Shown: positions 27,384 to 37,563, counted from the first letter of the stretch. The stretch is DNA of 64,000 nucleotides from Porphyromonadaceae bacterium UBA7207 (GCA_002490635.1 DKUJ01000022.1:7146-71145), one strand, 5' to 3'. Made by a program: numbers and translations. Notes: generated by a model not told the origin, from the sequence alone.

Positions 27384-29047
27384 CAGTATTTGAAAGAACT
27401 GCCGCCGAGAAATTCGCGTAGCAGGCTGGTGGAAGGTATCAGGTGCATGCCTATGGGCATGAAATAGCTCAGGAACTTGCGCAGGCGGTATGCCTCGGCA
27501 TATTCGGGCACGTCGTTGGGGACGGTGCGGAGGATTTCGTCGGCATAGTCCTTCATTACGCCGAGTTCGAAGATAAGCGATGAGTTGAACATGGCGTCGG
27601 CGTTCTCCTGATAGGGGAATATCCATTTCTCTTCGCCACGGCGCACGCTGGGCCAGCGGCGGATGGTGTCGGCGGCACTCGTTCCGCGGTATTTGTAGTC
27701 GCGGACAATACGGCGCAGCAGCCTGTTGTCGGTTGTCGGCACCCAGTTGTGGTCGTCGATGCTCAGGGTGGTGAGAGCCGATACATACACGCGGTATTTG
27801 GCTTTTTCGGGTATATGGGCCGTAAGTTCGGGGTTGAGTCCGTGGATGCCTTCTATCAGCAGCACGGAGCCTTCTTCGAGACGTATGCGGTTGCCTTTGT
27901 ACTGCCGTTTGCCGAGTTCGAAGGAATAGGAGGGGAGTTCCACTTCCTTTCCGGCGAGAATGGCGTTGAGGTCGGCGTTGAACTGTTCCAGGTCGAGGGC
28001 GTAGAGCGATTCATAATCGTAGTCGCCGTCGGCGTCGCGCGGTGTGCGCACCCTGTCCACGAAGTAATCGTCGAGAGAAATCAGCTGAGGTTTCAGCAGA
28101 TTGGTCATGAGCTGTATGGCCAGTCGCTTGGTAGTGGTGGTCTTTCCCGACGACGACGGGCCTGCGATGAGCACAATCCTCGCTCCTCCTTCGGCGTAGC
28201 GTGCGGCGATGTCTTCGCTGATGCGTGCTATGCTTTTCTCGTGCAGGGCTTCGGCGACGTTGATAATGTCGGCGGCGCGACGCCGTTCAACCTGCTCGTT
28301 GAGCTGCCCCACGTCATGCACGCCGATGATGCGGTTGAAGTCGAGGTAGGCAGTGAAGGCGCCGAACATTTTTTCCTGCACAATCGGCGTGGCCGGTACT
28401 GCGTGGTTGTCGGCATCGGGGCCGAGCAGCAGAAGCCCGTCGTGGTATGGCAGCAGATCGAACACCTTCAGATAGCCCGTGGACGGAACCAGGGCGCCGT
28501 AGTAGCTGTCGGCGATTCCGTCGATGGTGTAGAATGTGGTATATAGCGGATGGGTGGTTGTGAGCAGTTTTACTTTGTCGTCGAGTCCCTGGGACCGGAA
28601 GATTTCTATCACGTCGGCTGTGAGCATCTGCTTGCGCTCGAAAGGAATGTCGGCATCGGCCAGGCGTTTCATTTCGGCTTTCAGCGCCAGAGCGTCGGCT
28701 TCGTTGCACGGGCGGTCGAGTTTGCAGAAATACCCTTTGGCTATGGAGTGCTCGATGCGCAGTTTTGCACCGGGCATCAGTGCGCACACGGCGCGGTAGA
28801 GCATCATGCACAGCGAGCGCACGCACACACGGGGCCCGGAGCCGGCGGTGGCATCCTGGAACTCGACCATCTTTGGCTGGTACACGGCGAAGTCCAGTGG
28901 CTCGGTCTTGTTGTTCACGCGGGCGCATACCGGCGGTGCCGGAAGCCTGTCGGACAGTGTGGCTGCGATTTCGGCCAGAGTGGCGCCGCCTTCCACATCG
29001 ACGTATTCCGAGGTGTTGACGCAGTAAATCTTTATGGTTCTGCTCAT
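27383..29047 (-). CDS. Nucleoside (uridine) kinase family with N-terminal TGS/ThrRS-like domain
   Basis: IAGPSSSGKTT, ISLDDYF, IEGIHGLNP, DNRLLRRIVRD in the C-half; ARVNNK..PL (TGS) and HSIAKGYF in the N-half. Confidence 0.9.
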   Translation of the reverse strand: MSRTIKIYCVNTSEYVDVEGGATLAEIAATLSDRLPAPPVCARVNNKTEPLDFAVYQPKMVEFQDATAGSGPRVCVRSLCMMLYRAVCALMPGAKLRIEHSIAKGYFCKLDRPCNEADALALKAEMKRLADADIPFERKQMLTADVIEIFRSQGLDDKVKLLTTTHPLYTTFYTIDGIADSYYGALVPSTGYLKVFDLLPYHDGLLLLGPDADNHAVPATPIVQEKMFGAFTAYLDFNRIIGVHDVGQLNEQVERRRAADIINVAEALHEKSIARISEDIAARYAEGGARIVLIAGPSSSGKTTTTKRLAIQLMTNLLKPQLISLDDYFVDRVRTPRDADGDYDYESLYALDLEQFNADLNAILAGKEVELPSYSFELGKRQYKGNRIRLEEGSVLLIEGIHGLNPELTAHIPEKAKYRVYVSALTTLSIDDHNWVPTTDNRLLRRIVRDYKYRGTSAADTIRRWPSVRRGEEKWIFPYQENADAMFNSSLIFELGVMKDYADEILRTVPNDVPEYAEAYRLRKFLSYFMPIGMHLIPSTSLLREFLGGSSFKY

Positions 29048-29865
29048 TTTTTCTGTGATTGTTCTATGGCTCGCCTGTCGCGGCAGATGTCGCTGTCGGT
29101 GGTTGCTGAATGTCGTTTTTCTTCAATTTTGGCGAGTGTCGCGAAACGGTACACTGCGTCGTGGACAGCATGTATGAATCCTGGCCATCCGTCGCGGAAA
29201 CCGCCTTTGAGCACAAATGCCTTGAAGAAGCGGAAAGGAGGGTCGGTAAAGAGTTTTATCCTGCTGTAGCCAGGTGCGCGGCGTTCGGCCTCGCGGTCGG
29301 TGTAGGCGTTGAGTTTGGCTATGCTCTCGGCCATGCTTTCGTTGGCAAGGTGCACGAAAGCCAGGTCGGTGCGGCTTGCTGGAATGGTAACCACCGGCCC
29401 GAGGTGGTTCGGGCGTGAATGCACCTGATATGGCCATGTCGCGCCATCACGGTTGAAGAAGCGCAGGATATAGGCAGGGTAGTAGCATTTCATCCAGCGC
29501 CCCATGAAATAGTTCTTTATGGGTATTTGGAAGCCTCGCGGCGAGGGGTCGGCGTCGATCTGCGCGCGCAGATAGTCGATGAGCGCCTGCGGCACCAGTT
29601 CGTCGGCATCGACCACCAGCACCCAGGGGTGTGTGGCGGCATGGATGGCGAAATCGCGGTATGCCTCGGCTATGCGGTGCTCTCCGCGGGGCTTTACAAT
29701 CACCCTGGCGCCATGTCGTCGGGCTATTTCCACGGTATCGTCGGTGCTCTCCATATCCACAACTAGAATCTCGTCGACATCGGCGAGGCAGCTCAGGCAG
29801 GCATCGAGATACCGGCCGGCATTGTAGGTGTGTACGATGCCGGATATGGGTGTGCGTTTGCTCAT
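29044..29865 (-). CDS. Glycosyltransferase family 2 (KdtX/WaaE-like)
   Basis: VVDMESTDDT, VVDADE, KGGFRDGWPG. Confidence 0.9.
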   Translation of the reverse strand: MSKRTPISGIVHTYNAGRYLDACLSCLADVDEILVVDMESTDDTVEIARRHGARVIVKPRGEHRIAEAYRDFAIHAATHPWVLVVDADELVPQALIDYLRAQIDADPSPRGFQIPIKNYFMGRWMKCYYPAYILRFFNRDGATWPYQVHSRPNHLGPVVTIPASRTDLAFVHLANESMAESIAKLNAYTDREAERRAPGYSRIKLFTDPPFRFFKAFVLKGGFRDGWPGFIHAVHDAVYRFATLAKIEEKRHSATTDSDICRDRRAIEQSQKK

Positions 29866-30635
29866 TTTTTCTTTCGGGAGAACATGTTTTTGAAGCGTCG
29901 GCGGCTTATGAGCTTGTGCTGGTGGGCGCTGTAGATTTTGCGTGCGTAGCTTTCGAAATCGGCGGCGGGGAGCTCGATGTCGTTCTTTTTAAGAATGGCT
30001 GCGTAGTATGCGGCCACAGTTGCTGTGGCGTCCTCGGTGTCGAGGAGGGCGCGGAAGTTCTTGCTGAGTTCCTTCCAGCTGTTGCAGTCGAAGGTCATGC
30101 GGTTGATGTCCACCAGGGCGAACTCATAGCCATCTTCGCCGGTACGGAACAGAACGTTGCCCGGGGTGAGGTCGGACATGAACACTCCTTTTATGTGCAT
30201 GCTGAAAATGAACGCTGCGAAGGCGCGTGCTATGGCATCGAAATCGGGGTTGTTCTGCACTCCTCTCATCTCTTTCCATCCTTTGAGGAGCTCGCAGGCA
30301 TAGAAACTGTTGGCAAGGGCGCCGTAGCGGTTGTAGATTTCCACGGCGAAAAACGGCTCGGGAGTGCGGATGCCCATCTCCCGCAGCCGCATTCCGTTGC
30401 TGAAGGCACGGCGGCACTTCGGTTTGCGCAGCCAGTGGTACACCAGCCCTTTGGCGAGTCTGGGGCGTTTGTAGCTCTTGATCATCAGACCGGCGTTTTC
30501 GAGTTTCGCCAGTACGTTGCGGCCACGGTAAACCACAACAGAAGCATCGGGGATTCCCTGTTCCACTGTGGCGCGGGCAAGGATGGAGATGTTGCTGTGG
30601 GCGTAGCGGGGATTGATGGTGATGTATTTCTTCAT
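29862..30635 (-). CDS. Lipopolysaccharide kinase (Kdo/WaaP/InaA-like)
   Basis: IKSYK, GIRTPEP, H.KGVFMSDLTPGN (catalytic loop), LVDINRM. Confidence 0.85.
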   Translation of the reverse strand: MKKYITINPRYAHSNISILARATVEQGIPDASVVVYRGRNVLAKLENAGLMIKSYKRPRLAKGLVYHWLRKPKCRRAFSNGMRLREMGIRTPEPFFAVEIYNRYGALANSFYACELLKGWKEMRGVQNNPDFDAIARAFAAFIFSMHIKGVFMSDLTPGNVLFRTGEDGYEFALVDINRMTFDCNSWKELSKNFRALLDTEDATATVAAYYAAILKKNDIELPAADFESYARKIYSAHQHKLISRRRFKNMFSRKKK

Positions 30636-31741
30636 GATCGGGTGTCGGGGGACAGGCAGCGTCGGTATATGCCGGTGATGTTTTTATAGAAATTGTCGTA
30701 GCCGAAAACGGCCAGTGCCTTGCGGCGTGCGGAGGCGCCGAGCTGCGCGGCGAGTTGCCGGTCGGCAATGAGGTCGCCGATTGCGGCAGCGAGAGCTTTG
30801 GAGTCGGAGGGTGGAACGAGGATGCCGTTCTCACCTGCGGTAATGAGTTCGGGCTGGGCGCCGTTGTCGGTGGTGACCACGGCCATTCCAGCCTGCATGA
30901 ATTCGAGAATCGACAGGCCGAAGGCTTCGGGCGCCACTGTGGGGACAATGCCGGCGTCGGCTGCTGCGAGCAGTGGGGCGATGTCGTCGACGGGACCTGC
31001 CCAGTCCACTTTTCCATCGATTCCTGCCTGGCGGCAGCGGCGCATCAGAGGCAGCACATAGGTGCCCTTTCCTTCGCCGGCGACGGTCAGTTGCCAGGAT
31101 GCCGCCGGCATCTGTTCGAGCGCTTCTATGAGCGTGTGCAGACCTTTTTCCGCGCACAGGCGCCCGCAGTAGAGCAGTCGCAGTGGTGCGTCCGCGTTTG
31201 CCGGCTCATGCTCTGCGGCGGTGTCCAGCAATGAGTTGTGAATCACATGCAGCCTCCCGTGGTCCACGGCTGGCGAACTGCTGAGAAACGTGCGGCGGGC
31301 TGTCTCGCTCACAAAAACAATGGCGTCCAGGCCGGCATATGTGGCCTTTGCAGTGGCGCCGGTGTCGGCGGGTCGTGCCAGATGGCGTGTCGTGACAACG
31401 TGTATCTGCCGAGGGCGGCGGCTCAGGCGGCGTGCCGCCAGTGCGGTGCGGGCGTCCTTGAAGTTGTGGGTATGCACTATCACGGGAGCGTCCAGGCGGT
31501 TCAGAATCCTTGCCAGCTGCAGGGGGCTGACAAGGTCGAGAGGTCCGCCCAGCGGTAGGTGTCCGGGTTTGAATCCCGCTGCGGCGAAGCGGCTGTCGAC
31601 GGCCTCGATGCCGCGGGTGACAACGGCTATGCTGTGGCCGTCGGCGGCGCAGCGTCGGCATAGGTCGAGGGCATAGCGCTCGCCGCCGCCCCAGGTGCGG
31701 TTGCTTATCAGATGGATAATGTTCAGAGGTTCTTCTGTCAT
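30632..31741 (-). CDS. Glycosyltransferase family 4
   Basis: WGGGERYA, GRLCAEKG, EAFGLSILEFM; start MTEEPLNI overlapping the upstream TAA. Confidence 0.92.
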   Translation of the reverse strand: MTEEPLNIIHLISNRTWGGGERYALDLCRRCAADGHSIAVVTRGIEAVDSRFAAAGFKPGHLPLGGPLDLVSPLQLARILNRLDAPVIVHTHNFKDARTALAARRLSRRPRQIHVVTTRHLARPADTGATAKATYAGLDAIVFVSETARRTFLSSSPAVDHGRLHVIHNSLLDTAAEHEPANADAPLRLLYCGRLCAEKGLHTLIEALEQMPAASWQLTVAGEGKGTYVLPLMRRCRQAGIDGKVDWAGPVDDIAPLLAAADAGIVPTVAPEAFGLSILEFMQAGMAVVTTDNGAQPELITAGENGILVPPSDSKALAAAIGDLIADRQLAAQLGASARRKALAVFGYDNFYKNITGIYRRCLSPDTRS

Positions 31742-32508
31742 TATTTCTCTTCGTCGATAATGCGCCTTGCGGCGCGGTATGCCGCCAGTGTGGAGCGGAA
31801 GCGTGTTGCGGCTATGCGCCGTCCGGCCTCGCCGTCGAGCCATGCGCCCTGGCTGAGGTGGCAGCGCACGAAAGCACTGGCAGCCCGTAGCCAGCACATG
31901 GGTTCGGCGGCGCTGATGCCTGCCGCGGCCATCAGGCGTGCGCGCATGGCCGCATGGCGCATCTCTTTGGCTTCGTACTCGGTGTAGCGGTTGCAGCGGT
32001 AGTGGTGCATTTCGCCGTCGATGGCGGCAGGCATTATGCCCGCCGGGTAGCTGAGGCGCTCGCCCACGTCGAGCATGTCCCAGTTGGCATAGCGTTTGTC
32101 GAAGAGGCGTATCTGCACCTCGGGTTCGAGTCCGCTGTGGCGCACCGGCTTTCCGCATATGTAGTTGATTACCCTGAAACGGTACATGCGGTGTGTGAAT
32201 CCGGCCTCCTTCAATGCCGAGAGGTTCTGCCTGAGTTCCTCGGTGAGCACTTCGTCGGCATCGATGCTCAGCACATAGTTGCCGGAGGCCAGTGTGGCTG
32301 CGTATTGCCTTTGCGGGCCGTAGCCTGCAAATGGGCGCACGGTAACTTTTGCGCCATAGCGGCGGCAGATGTCGACGGTGGAGTCGTCGCTGCCGGAGTC
32401 CACCACCACGATTTCGTCGGCGACGCCTATGAGCGAGTTGAGGCATCGCTCGATATTGGCAGCCTCGTTGCGGGTGATAACAGTTGCTGACAGGAAGTGG
32501 GAAGCCAT
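31741..32508 (-). CDS. Glycosyltransferase family 2
   Basis: ITRNEAANI, VVDSGSDDST, GYGPQRQYA, SIDADE. Confidence 0.92.
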   Translation of the reverse strand: MASHFLSATVITRNEAANIERCLNSLIGVADEIVVVDSGSDDSTVDICRRYGAKVTVRPFAGYGPQRQYAATLASGNYVLSIDADEVLTEELRQNLSALKEAGFTHRMYRFRVINYICGKPVRHSGLEPEVQIRLFDKRYANWDMLDVGERLSYPAGIMPAAIDGEMHHYRCNRYTEYEAKEMRHAAMRARLMAAAGISAAEPMCWLRAASAFVRCHLSQGAWLDGEAGRRIAATRFRSTLAAYRAARRIIDEEK

Positions 32509-32544
32509 TTAGCCGGTGGTTGCTGGGTTGGTGTCGGGGTGTTT

Positions 32545-33744
32545 TCAGTCCATCTCAAGGTCGCCGTCGACCACGGTGTGCCATGGCAGACCGTCTTTGG
32601 CGAGCTGTTCCAGGAATGGATCGGGATTGAATTCCTCTACGTTGCGCACGCCTTTGAGGTTCCATTTTCCGGTGAGGAACATCATGGCGCCCACCATGGC
32701 GGGTACGCCGGTGGTGTAGCTCACGGCCTGCATGCCGGTTTCGCGGTAGGCGGCTTCGTGCGAGCAGTTGTTGTATATGTAGTAGGTTGTGGGCTTGCCT
32801 TCCTTGTCGAGGCCGGCGATGCGGCAGCCGATGGAGGTTTCGCCATGGTAGTTGCTGCCGAGGTCCTGGGGGTCGGGGAGCACGGCCTTGAGGAACTGCA
32901 GGGGCACGATTTTGGTGCCGTTGTATTCCACTTCGTCAATCCGGGCCATGCCTATGTTCTGAATCACTCGCAGGTGGGTGAGGTATTCCTGGCCGAATGT
33001 CATCCAGAAGCGGGCGCGCTTTATGCTGGGGAAGTTCTTCACCAAGCTTTCGAGTTCTTCGTGATAGAGCAGGTAGCTTTCGCGCGGGCCTATGTTGGGG
33101 TAGTTGAGGCTGCGGTGGTATTCCAGAGGTTTTGTCACCACCCAGTTGCCTTCGCTGTAGTAGCGTCCGTTCTGGGTTATTTCGCGTATGTTGATTTCAG
33201 GGTTGAAATTTGTCGCGAAAGCCTTGCCGTGGTCGCCGGCGTTGCAGTCCACGATGTCGAGGGTGTCCATGCGGCTGAAATGGTGCTTGGCGGCATATGC
33301 TGTGAACACGCCGCTGACTCCGGGGTCGAAGCCGCAGCCCAGGATGGCCGTGAGGCCGGCTTTCTCGAAACGTTCGGCGAAAGCCCACTGCCAGGAGTAT
33401 TCGAAGTGTGCCACGTCGCGGGGTTCGTAGTTGGCGGTGTCGAGGTAGTTTACGCCGCACTGCAGGCAGGCTTCCATTATTGTGAGGTCCTGGTAGGGCA
33501 GTGCGAGGTTGATAACCAGGTCGGGGTTGTGGCGGCGCAGCAGGGCTACCACCTGGTCGAGGTGGTCGGCGTCGACGCTGTCGGCGCTCACATATTCCTT
33601 GCCTATTTCTTCTGCCAGTTTCTGGCATTTGGAGAGTGTGCGGGAAGCTATGACTATGGAGGAGAACACTTCGGGGTGCTGGGCGCATTTGTGGGCAGCT
33701 ACAGTGCCCACGCCGCCGCATCCTATGATAACTACTTTTGCCAT
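32545..33744 (-). CDS. Saccharopine dehydrogenase family; probable carboxy(nor)spermidine dehydrogenase
   Basis: IGCGGVG, NLALPYQD, YLDTANYE, GCGFDPG, TNFNPEINIRE, QAVSYTTGVP. Confidence 0.92.
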   Translation of the reverse strand: MAKVVIIGCGGVGTVAAHKCAQHPEVFSSIVIASRTLSKCQKLAEEIGKEYVSADSVDADHLDQVVALLRRHNPDLVINLALPYQDLTIMEACLQCGVNYLDTANYEPRDVAHFEYSWQWAFAERFEKAGLTAILGCGFDPGVSGVFTAYAAKHHFSRMDTLDIVDCNAGDHGKAFATNFNPEINIREITQNGRYYSEGNWVVTKPLEYHRSLNYPNIGPRESYLLYHEELESLVKNFPSIKRARFWMTFGQEYLTHLRVIQNIGMARIDEVEYNGTKIVPLQFLKAVLPDPQDLGSNYHGETSIGCRIAGLDKEGKPTTYYIYNNCSHEAAYRETGMQAVSYTTGVPAMVGAMMFLTGKWNLKGVRNVEEFNPDPFLEQLAKDGLPWHTVVDGDLEMD

Positions 33745-33775
33745 TTTCGGAACTTGGAGTGTATGTTGTGTTATG

Positions 33776-34846
33776 TTATTGATTCTTTGGAGTATGCCTC
33801 TGCTGTTCAGCCGTTGTTACAAGGCGTTTGCGGTCCAGGGCTATAGCCGTGAAGGTAACGATTCCCAGCACGATAAGCATCAGGGTCTGGCTGCCGAGCA
33901 CAAGGTTGGCGAAGGCTGCGGCCTGCGCTTTGCCAACGCCGTAGATGCCAAGGCCGAAGATTACAGCCCACTGCCAGGGGCCTATGCCGCCGTTGGACGG
34001 AACGCCCATCGACAGGCTTGCGATTACGAATGTAACCAGTACCGCGGGTAGGCCGTGCACGGCAATCGCCTCGCGGGTGAAGGGGAAGGCCATAAAGCAG
34101 ATGTACATCTGTGAGGCGAAGCAGCCCCAGATGCCAAGGGTCCACAGCAGCCACTGGACTTTCGATTTCATATGTGCTATTCCGGCGAAACCGTTCCACA
34201 ACTCGCGGATTATGTTCTGCACTTTCGCTGCCAGAGGGTTGGATGTGTGTCGGGTCATGAATATCCACAACGCTGCGATGATAGCCAGCGCCGTGCCCCA
34301 TACCCACGGCGAAGTGAGAAGCGCGCCTATGGCGCGGTAGCTTTCCATATTGGCATGCAGGAAGCGCATGATTGCCCGGGAAGCCATTAGAAATGTGGCG
34401 ATTGCCAGAATGAACACTGTCACCGTGTCGGCGAGGCGGTCGGCGACCATGGAACCGAACACCGATGTGAACTGGGCGTTCTGCCGCTGGGCGATGTAGC
34501 CCGTGCGCCAAACTTCGCCGAGGCGTGGAAAGACAAGATTTACCGAATATGTGCCGAATATGCTGTATATCAGCGCATGCATGGGTGGATTCACACCGAT
34601 GGCCCGCAGCTGCAGACGCCAGCGGTAGGCACGGCACACGAATGAGACAATGCTTATTGCCATGGCCAGGGCAATCCATCGGAAGTCGCACTGGTCGCGG
34701 ATTATAGAGAGTATAAGCCCGAAGTCCACGCCGGTGAACAGGAGGTAGCACAGGCTCACGCTGACAATCAAGGGAATCGCGTACTTCACGAGATTCCCCA
34801 GCAGCTTCTTCCGTTTTCCGGTATGTGTGGCGTCGGTTGTGGGCAT
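33776..34846 (-). CDS. Lysylphosphatidylglycerol synthase TM / flippase-like domain protein
   Basis: RAYRW, NLVFPRLGEVWR, GSMVADRLAD, PSNGGIGPW; multi-TM. Confidence 0.9.
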   Translation of the reverse strand: MPTTDATHTGKRKKLLGNLVKYAIPLIVSVSLCYLLFTGVDFGLILSIIRDQCDFRWIALAMAISIVSFVCRAYRWRLQLRAIGVNPPMHALIYSIFGTYSVNLVFPRLGEVWRTGYIAQRQNAQFTSVFGSMVADRLADTVTVFILAIATFLMASRAIMRFLHANMESYRAIGALLTSPWVWGTALAIIAALWIFMTRHTSNPLAAKVQNIIRELWNGFAGIAHMKSKVQWLLWTLGIWGCFASQMYICFMAFPFTREAIAVHGLPAVLVTFVIASLSMGVPSNGGIGPWQWAVIFGLGIYGVGKAQAAAFANLVLGSQTLMLIVLGIVTFTAIALDRKRLVTTAEQQRHTPKNQ

Positions 34847-34878
34847 TATGCAAACTGTATGAGCGGATTCCCGCGGTG

Positions 34879-34960
34879 CAAAGATACGTATAAGTCGAGG
34901 GCAAAGCCAAATTTATTTGGGCTTTGCCGAGCGGGAGTATCTAAGACGAAGTCAAAGATA
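34879..34960 (-). repeat. Short hairpin element flanked by direct-repeated TATCTTTG promoter boxes
   Basis: CAAAGATA at 34879 and 34953; internal stem GGCAAAGC-CAAAT / ATTTG-G-GCTTTGCC (34900-34928); outer AGATAC/GTATCT pair. Confidence 0.7.
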
Positions 34961-35036
34961 ATAAAAAATCGTTGCTTGTCGCCATAATTACAACACTGTG
35001 CGCATACCCCGGGTTTGTAAGCGGGCATGATCTTAA

Positions 35037-35103
35037 ATAAAATAAGGAGACCTTTCCGCGCCGTTAGTCGCACTTGGCTGTCGGAAAGGTCGTCGCTTAT
35101 TTT
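35037..35103 (-). terminator. Terminator after the beta-barrel gene
   Basis: GACCTTTCCG (35049-35058) / CGGAAAGGTC (35082-35091), flanked by AAAATAAG/CTTATTTT. Confidence 0.65.
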
Positions 35104-35124
35104 GGCGGCGAGGTGTGGTGTCGC

Positions 35125-37563
35125 TTATTTCTTGCCTCCTGTGAGGTCGTCGTTCGATATGGATGCTTTGGTTTTCTTCACCGAAGCGGTAAGTGAGCCG
35201 AAGCGGTAGCGTATCGAGATGCCTACATCGCGTCGGTAGTTGTAGGTAGTGGTGGAGCGGCTCACGTAGTCGGTGTTGAATGTTTCGGAGGTATAATCAA
35301 GTGTGTTCGGACCGAAGGGATTGTTGATGAATATCGACACTGACAGTCGGTCTTCCTTCAGGAAGTTGCGTTGCACGCCGATGCTGTGCCATATGGAGGA
35401 TGCGTTGTTTTTCGAGCGGGTGTACAGGCTGCCGTATCCGCCGAAGAAACCTGCATTTGCCCGCAGGATGATTTTCCAGGGTATTGTCTGCTGGATGTTA
35501 AGGTATATGTGGGATTGCCATACGGTCTCCGAGAGCTTTGCCGAGGGGCGGTGGTAGCGCACGGGGCCGCCGCTGGCGTTGACGACAATGCGTGTCTTGT
35601 CCCATGGTGTCCATTGTGCATAGGCAGAGAGCCTTAGCTGGCGATAGTGGTCCACATTGTCATAGGTGTAGTAGGTGTGCTGGTTCTCAACTGTTTTCAC
35701 CTGGGCGATGGCGTTGTTGGAGATGGTGCCTGAAATCGAGGCGTCGAGGGTGATGCGTGGGCGGATCAGGGTGTAGTTCAGTGTAACTGCGTTGTATGCC
35801 GATGAGCCGAGGTCGGGATTGCCGCTGCTTGTCACCAGCGGGCTTACGCTCACCGTGGGGTCGAGGTAGCTGATGCCTGGGCGGTTGATGCGGCGGTTGT
35901 AGCTTAGCTTAAGTGTATTGGCATCGTTTATGTTCCAGTTCACGGCTGCGTTGGGTGCGAAGTCGTTCAGGTTGCTGCCGAAGTGCCGCATGTCGCCGGT
36001 GCGGAATTTCGCCGACAGGTGCGAATATTCGTAGCGGATTCCGGCACGCAGGCTCACGCGGCCGAATGTTGCCCGCCAGTCGGCATACACGGCGCCTATC
36101 GAGGTGCGGTGAGTGAAGTCGTCGTAGGTGTTTCCGGCTCCGGTGTAGTAGCGCGTGTTCCGGGAGTCGTTGTTGCGCTGGATGAATTTGGCGCCGAGAT
36201 CCAGTTTGTGGATTCGGCCGTAGGGGCGGCTCCAGTCGAGCTGGAAGGTCTGCTCGAGAAAGTTCAGGTCGAAATGGCTGTTGATGCCGGTGTAGTCCAT
36301 CGGCGCGTTCACCATATTGGAATATTCCGTGGCCATGACCTGCCTCTGGTTCGTGTGGGCTATGCGGTACGATGCCGTTATGCTTTCGTCCTTGCGGCGG
36401 GTGGAGCGCTGGTAGTTGATGGCTCCGCCAAGGTCGGTATATCGGTGTGTAGGGTAGTGGGAGAAGGTGGAGAATGAGTAAACGGGATTTCCGTCGGCCT
36501 GTGTGAGCAATGTGTTCTCGTTTTTTCGCGTCTCGAAATTATAGCTGTACATGTCGAAATTCATGGTCACCAGATTCATTGTGTCGGGTTCCCAGGAACC
36601 TTCGGCGCTTCCCCAGCCGCCTTCGCTGTCGTTTCGGGAGATTGCGTTTGTGTAGAGCTTGTCGCCGGTCGATATATATGTGCCATCGGAAACCATATTG
36701 CTCCGTTCGCGGCGTCCTCCCTGTTGCCACTAGGACCCCATCACACTGAATGTGACCTTGTCGATCTGGGTTGTGAGGTATGCGTTGGCTTGTGGCACGG
36801 GATTGTTGATGTCTGCATACAGTCCTACCGAGCCTGTGACACCTTTGAGCGATGTGCCGCTTGCCGTGACTATATTGAGAATGGCGCCGACACCTTCGGC
36901 GTCCTCGCGGGCACCTGGGTCGGTGATTACCTCTATTTTCTTTATGGTAGATGCCGGTAGGGCGCGGAATATGTCTTTGGCGTTTTTGCTGAAAGAGTTG
37001 TTGGGGCGGCCGTTTTTGTATATGGTGAAATTGTCGCTGCCGTTCACTTTTATATTGCCTTCGGCGTCCACCGATACCAGCGGGACTTTCCGGAGAATGT
37101 CGAGCAGAGGTGCTGTCTGTGATTCGGTATCGGAAAGGACGTCGTAGCTCAGGCGGTCGATTTCTTTTATCACAAGCGGGCGCTGGGCGGTAACGGTGAT
37201 TTCGGCGAGTTCGGTGGCGACGGCCGGCATCACGATTGCGCCGAGGTTGGCCACCGGCGATTCGTCGCTGACGCTGAACTGCCGTTCGGCTACGGCCGAG
37301 TTCATGCCCACGACAACGAGCCGGTAGTCGCCGCGGTGGGGTAGGGGAGTGCTGATTAGTCCGTCGTCGCCGGAAACGGCGCCCTTGACAGGGCGGACCG
37401 AGTCGGCTGCGGAAAAGACTCGCCATGTCACAAAGACATCGGGTTGTCCGAGTGTATCCACCGCTGCGGCTGTCATCTTGAAATCGGCGGCGGCAGCGGG
37501 TGGATTGTTAAAGAGGAAAAAAAGGAGAATGAAGAGAATTGATGCGACGGTTTGTTTTTTCAT
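35125..37563 (-). pseudogene. TonB-dependent-like outer membrane beta-barrel family protein interrupted by a single in-frame TAG (36730-36732)
   Basis: ORF 36730..37563 (signal peptide, plug-like LRKVPLVSVD...IKKIEVIT...GAILNI) and ORF 35125..36696 (barrel, ending ISIRYRFG) share a frame, joined by TCC TAG TGG and 11 sense codons. Confidence 0.8.

Noticed and set aside
30632-32446. 604-aa version of the GT4 ORF; similarly extended starts of 26667..27626, 8445..9263, 41821.., 43471.., 56039.., 56360..
   Set aside because: The extensions overlap upstream genes in another frame; shorter starts fit overlapping stop/start codons, signal peptides or -7 boxes.
36730-36732. Pyrrolysine or genome-wide amber recoding
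   Set aside because: No pyl genes in the window; RF1 (prfA) is intact; TAG terminates other genes here (for example 8445, 5329, 43550).
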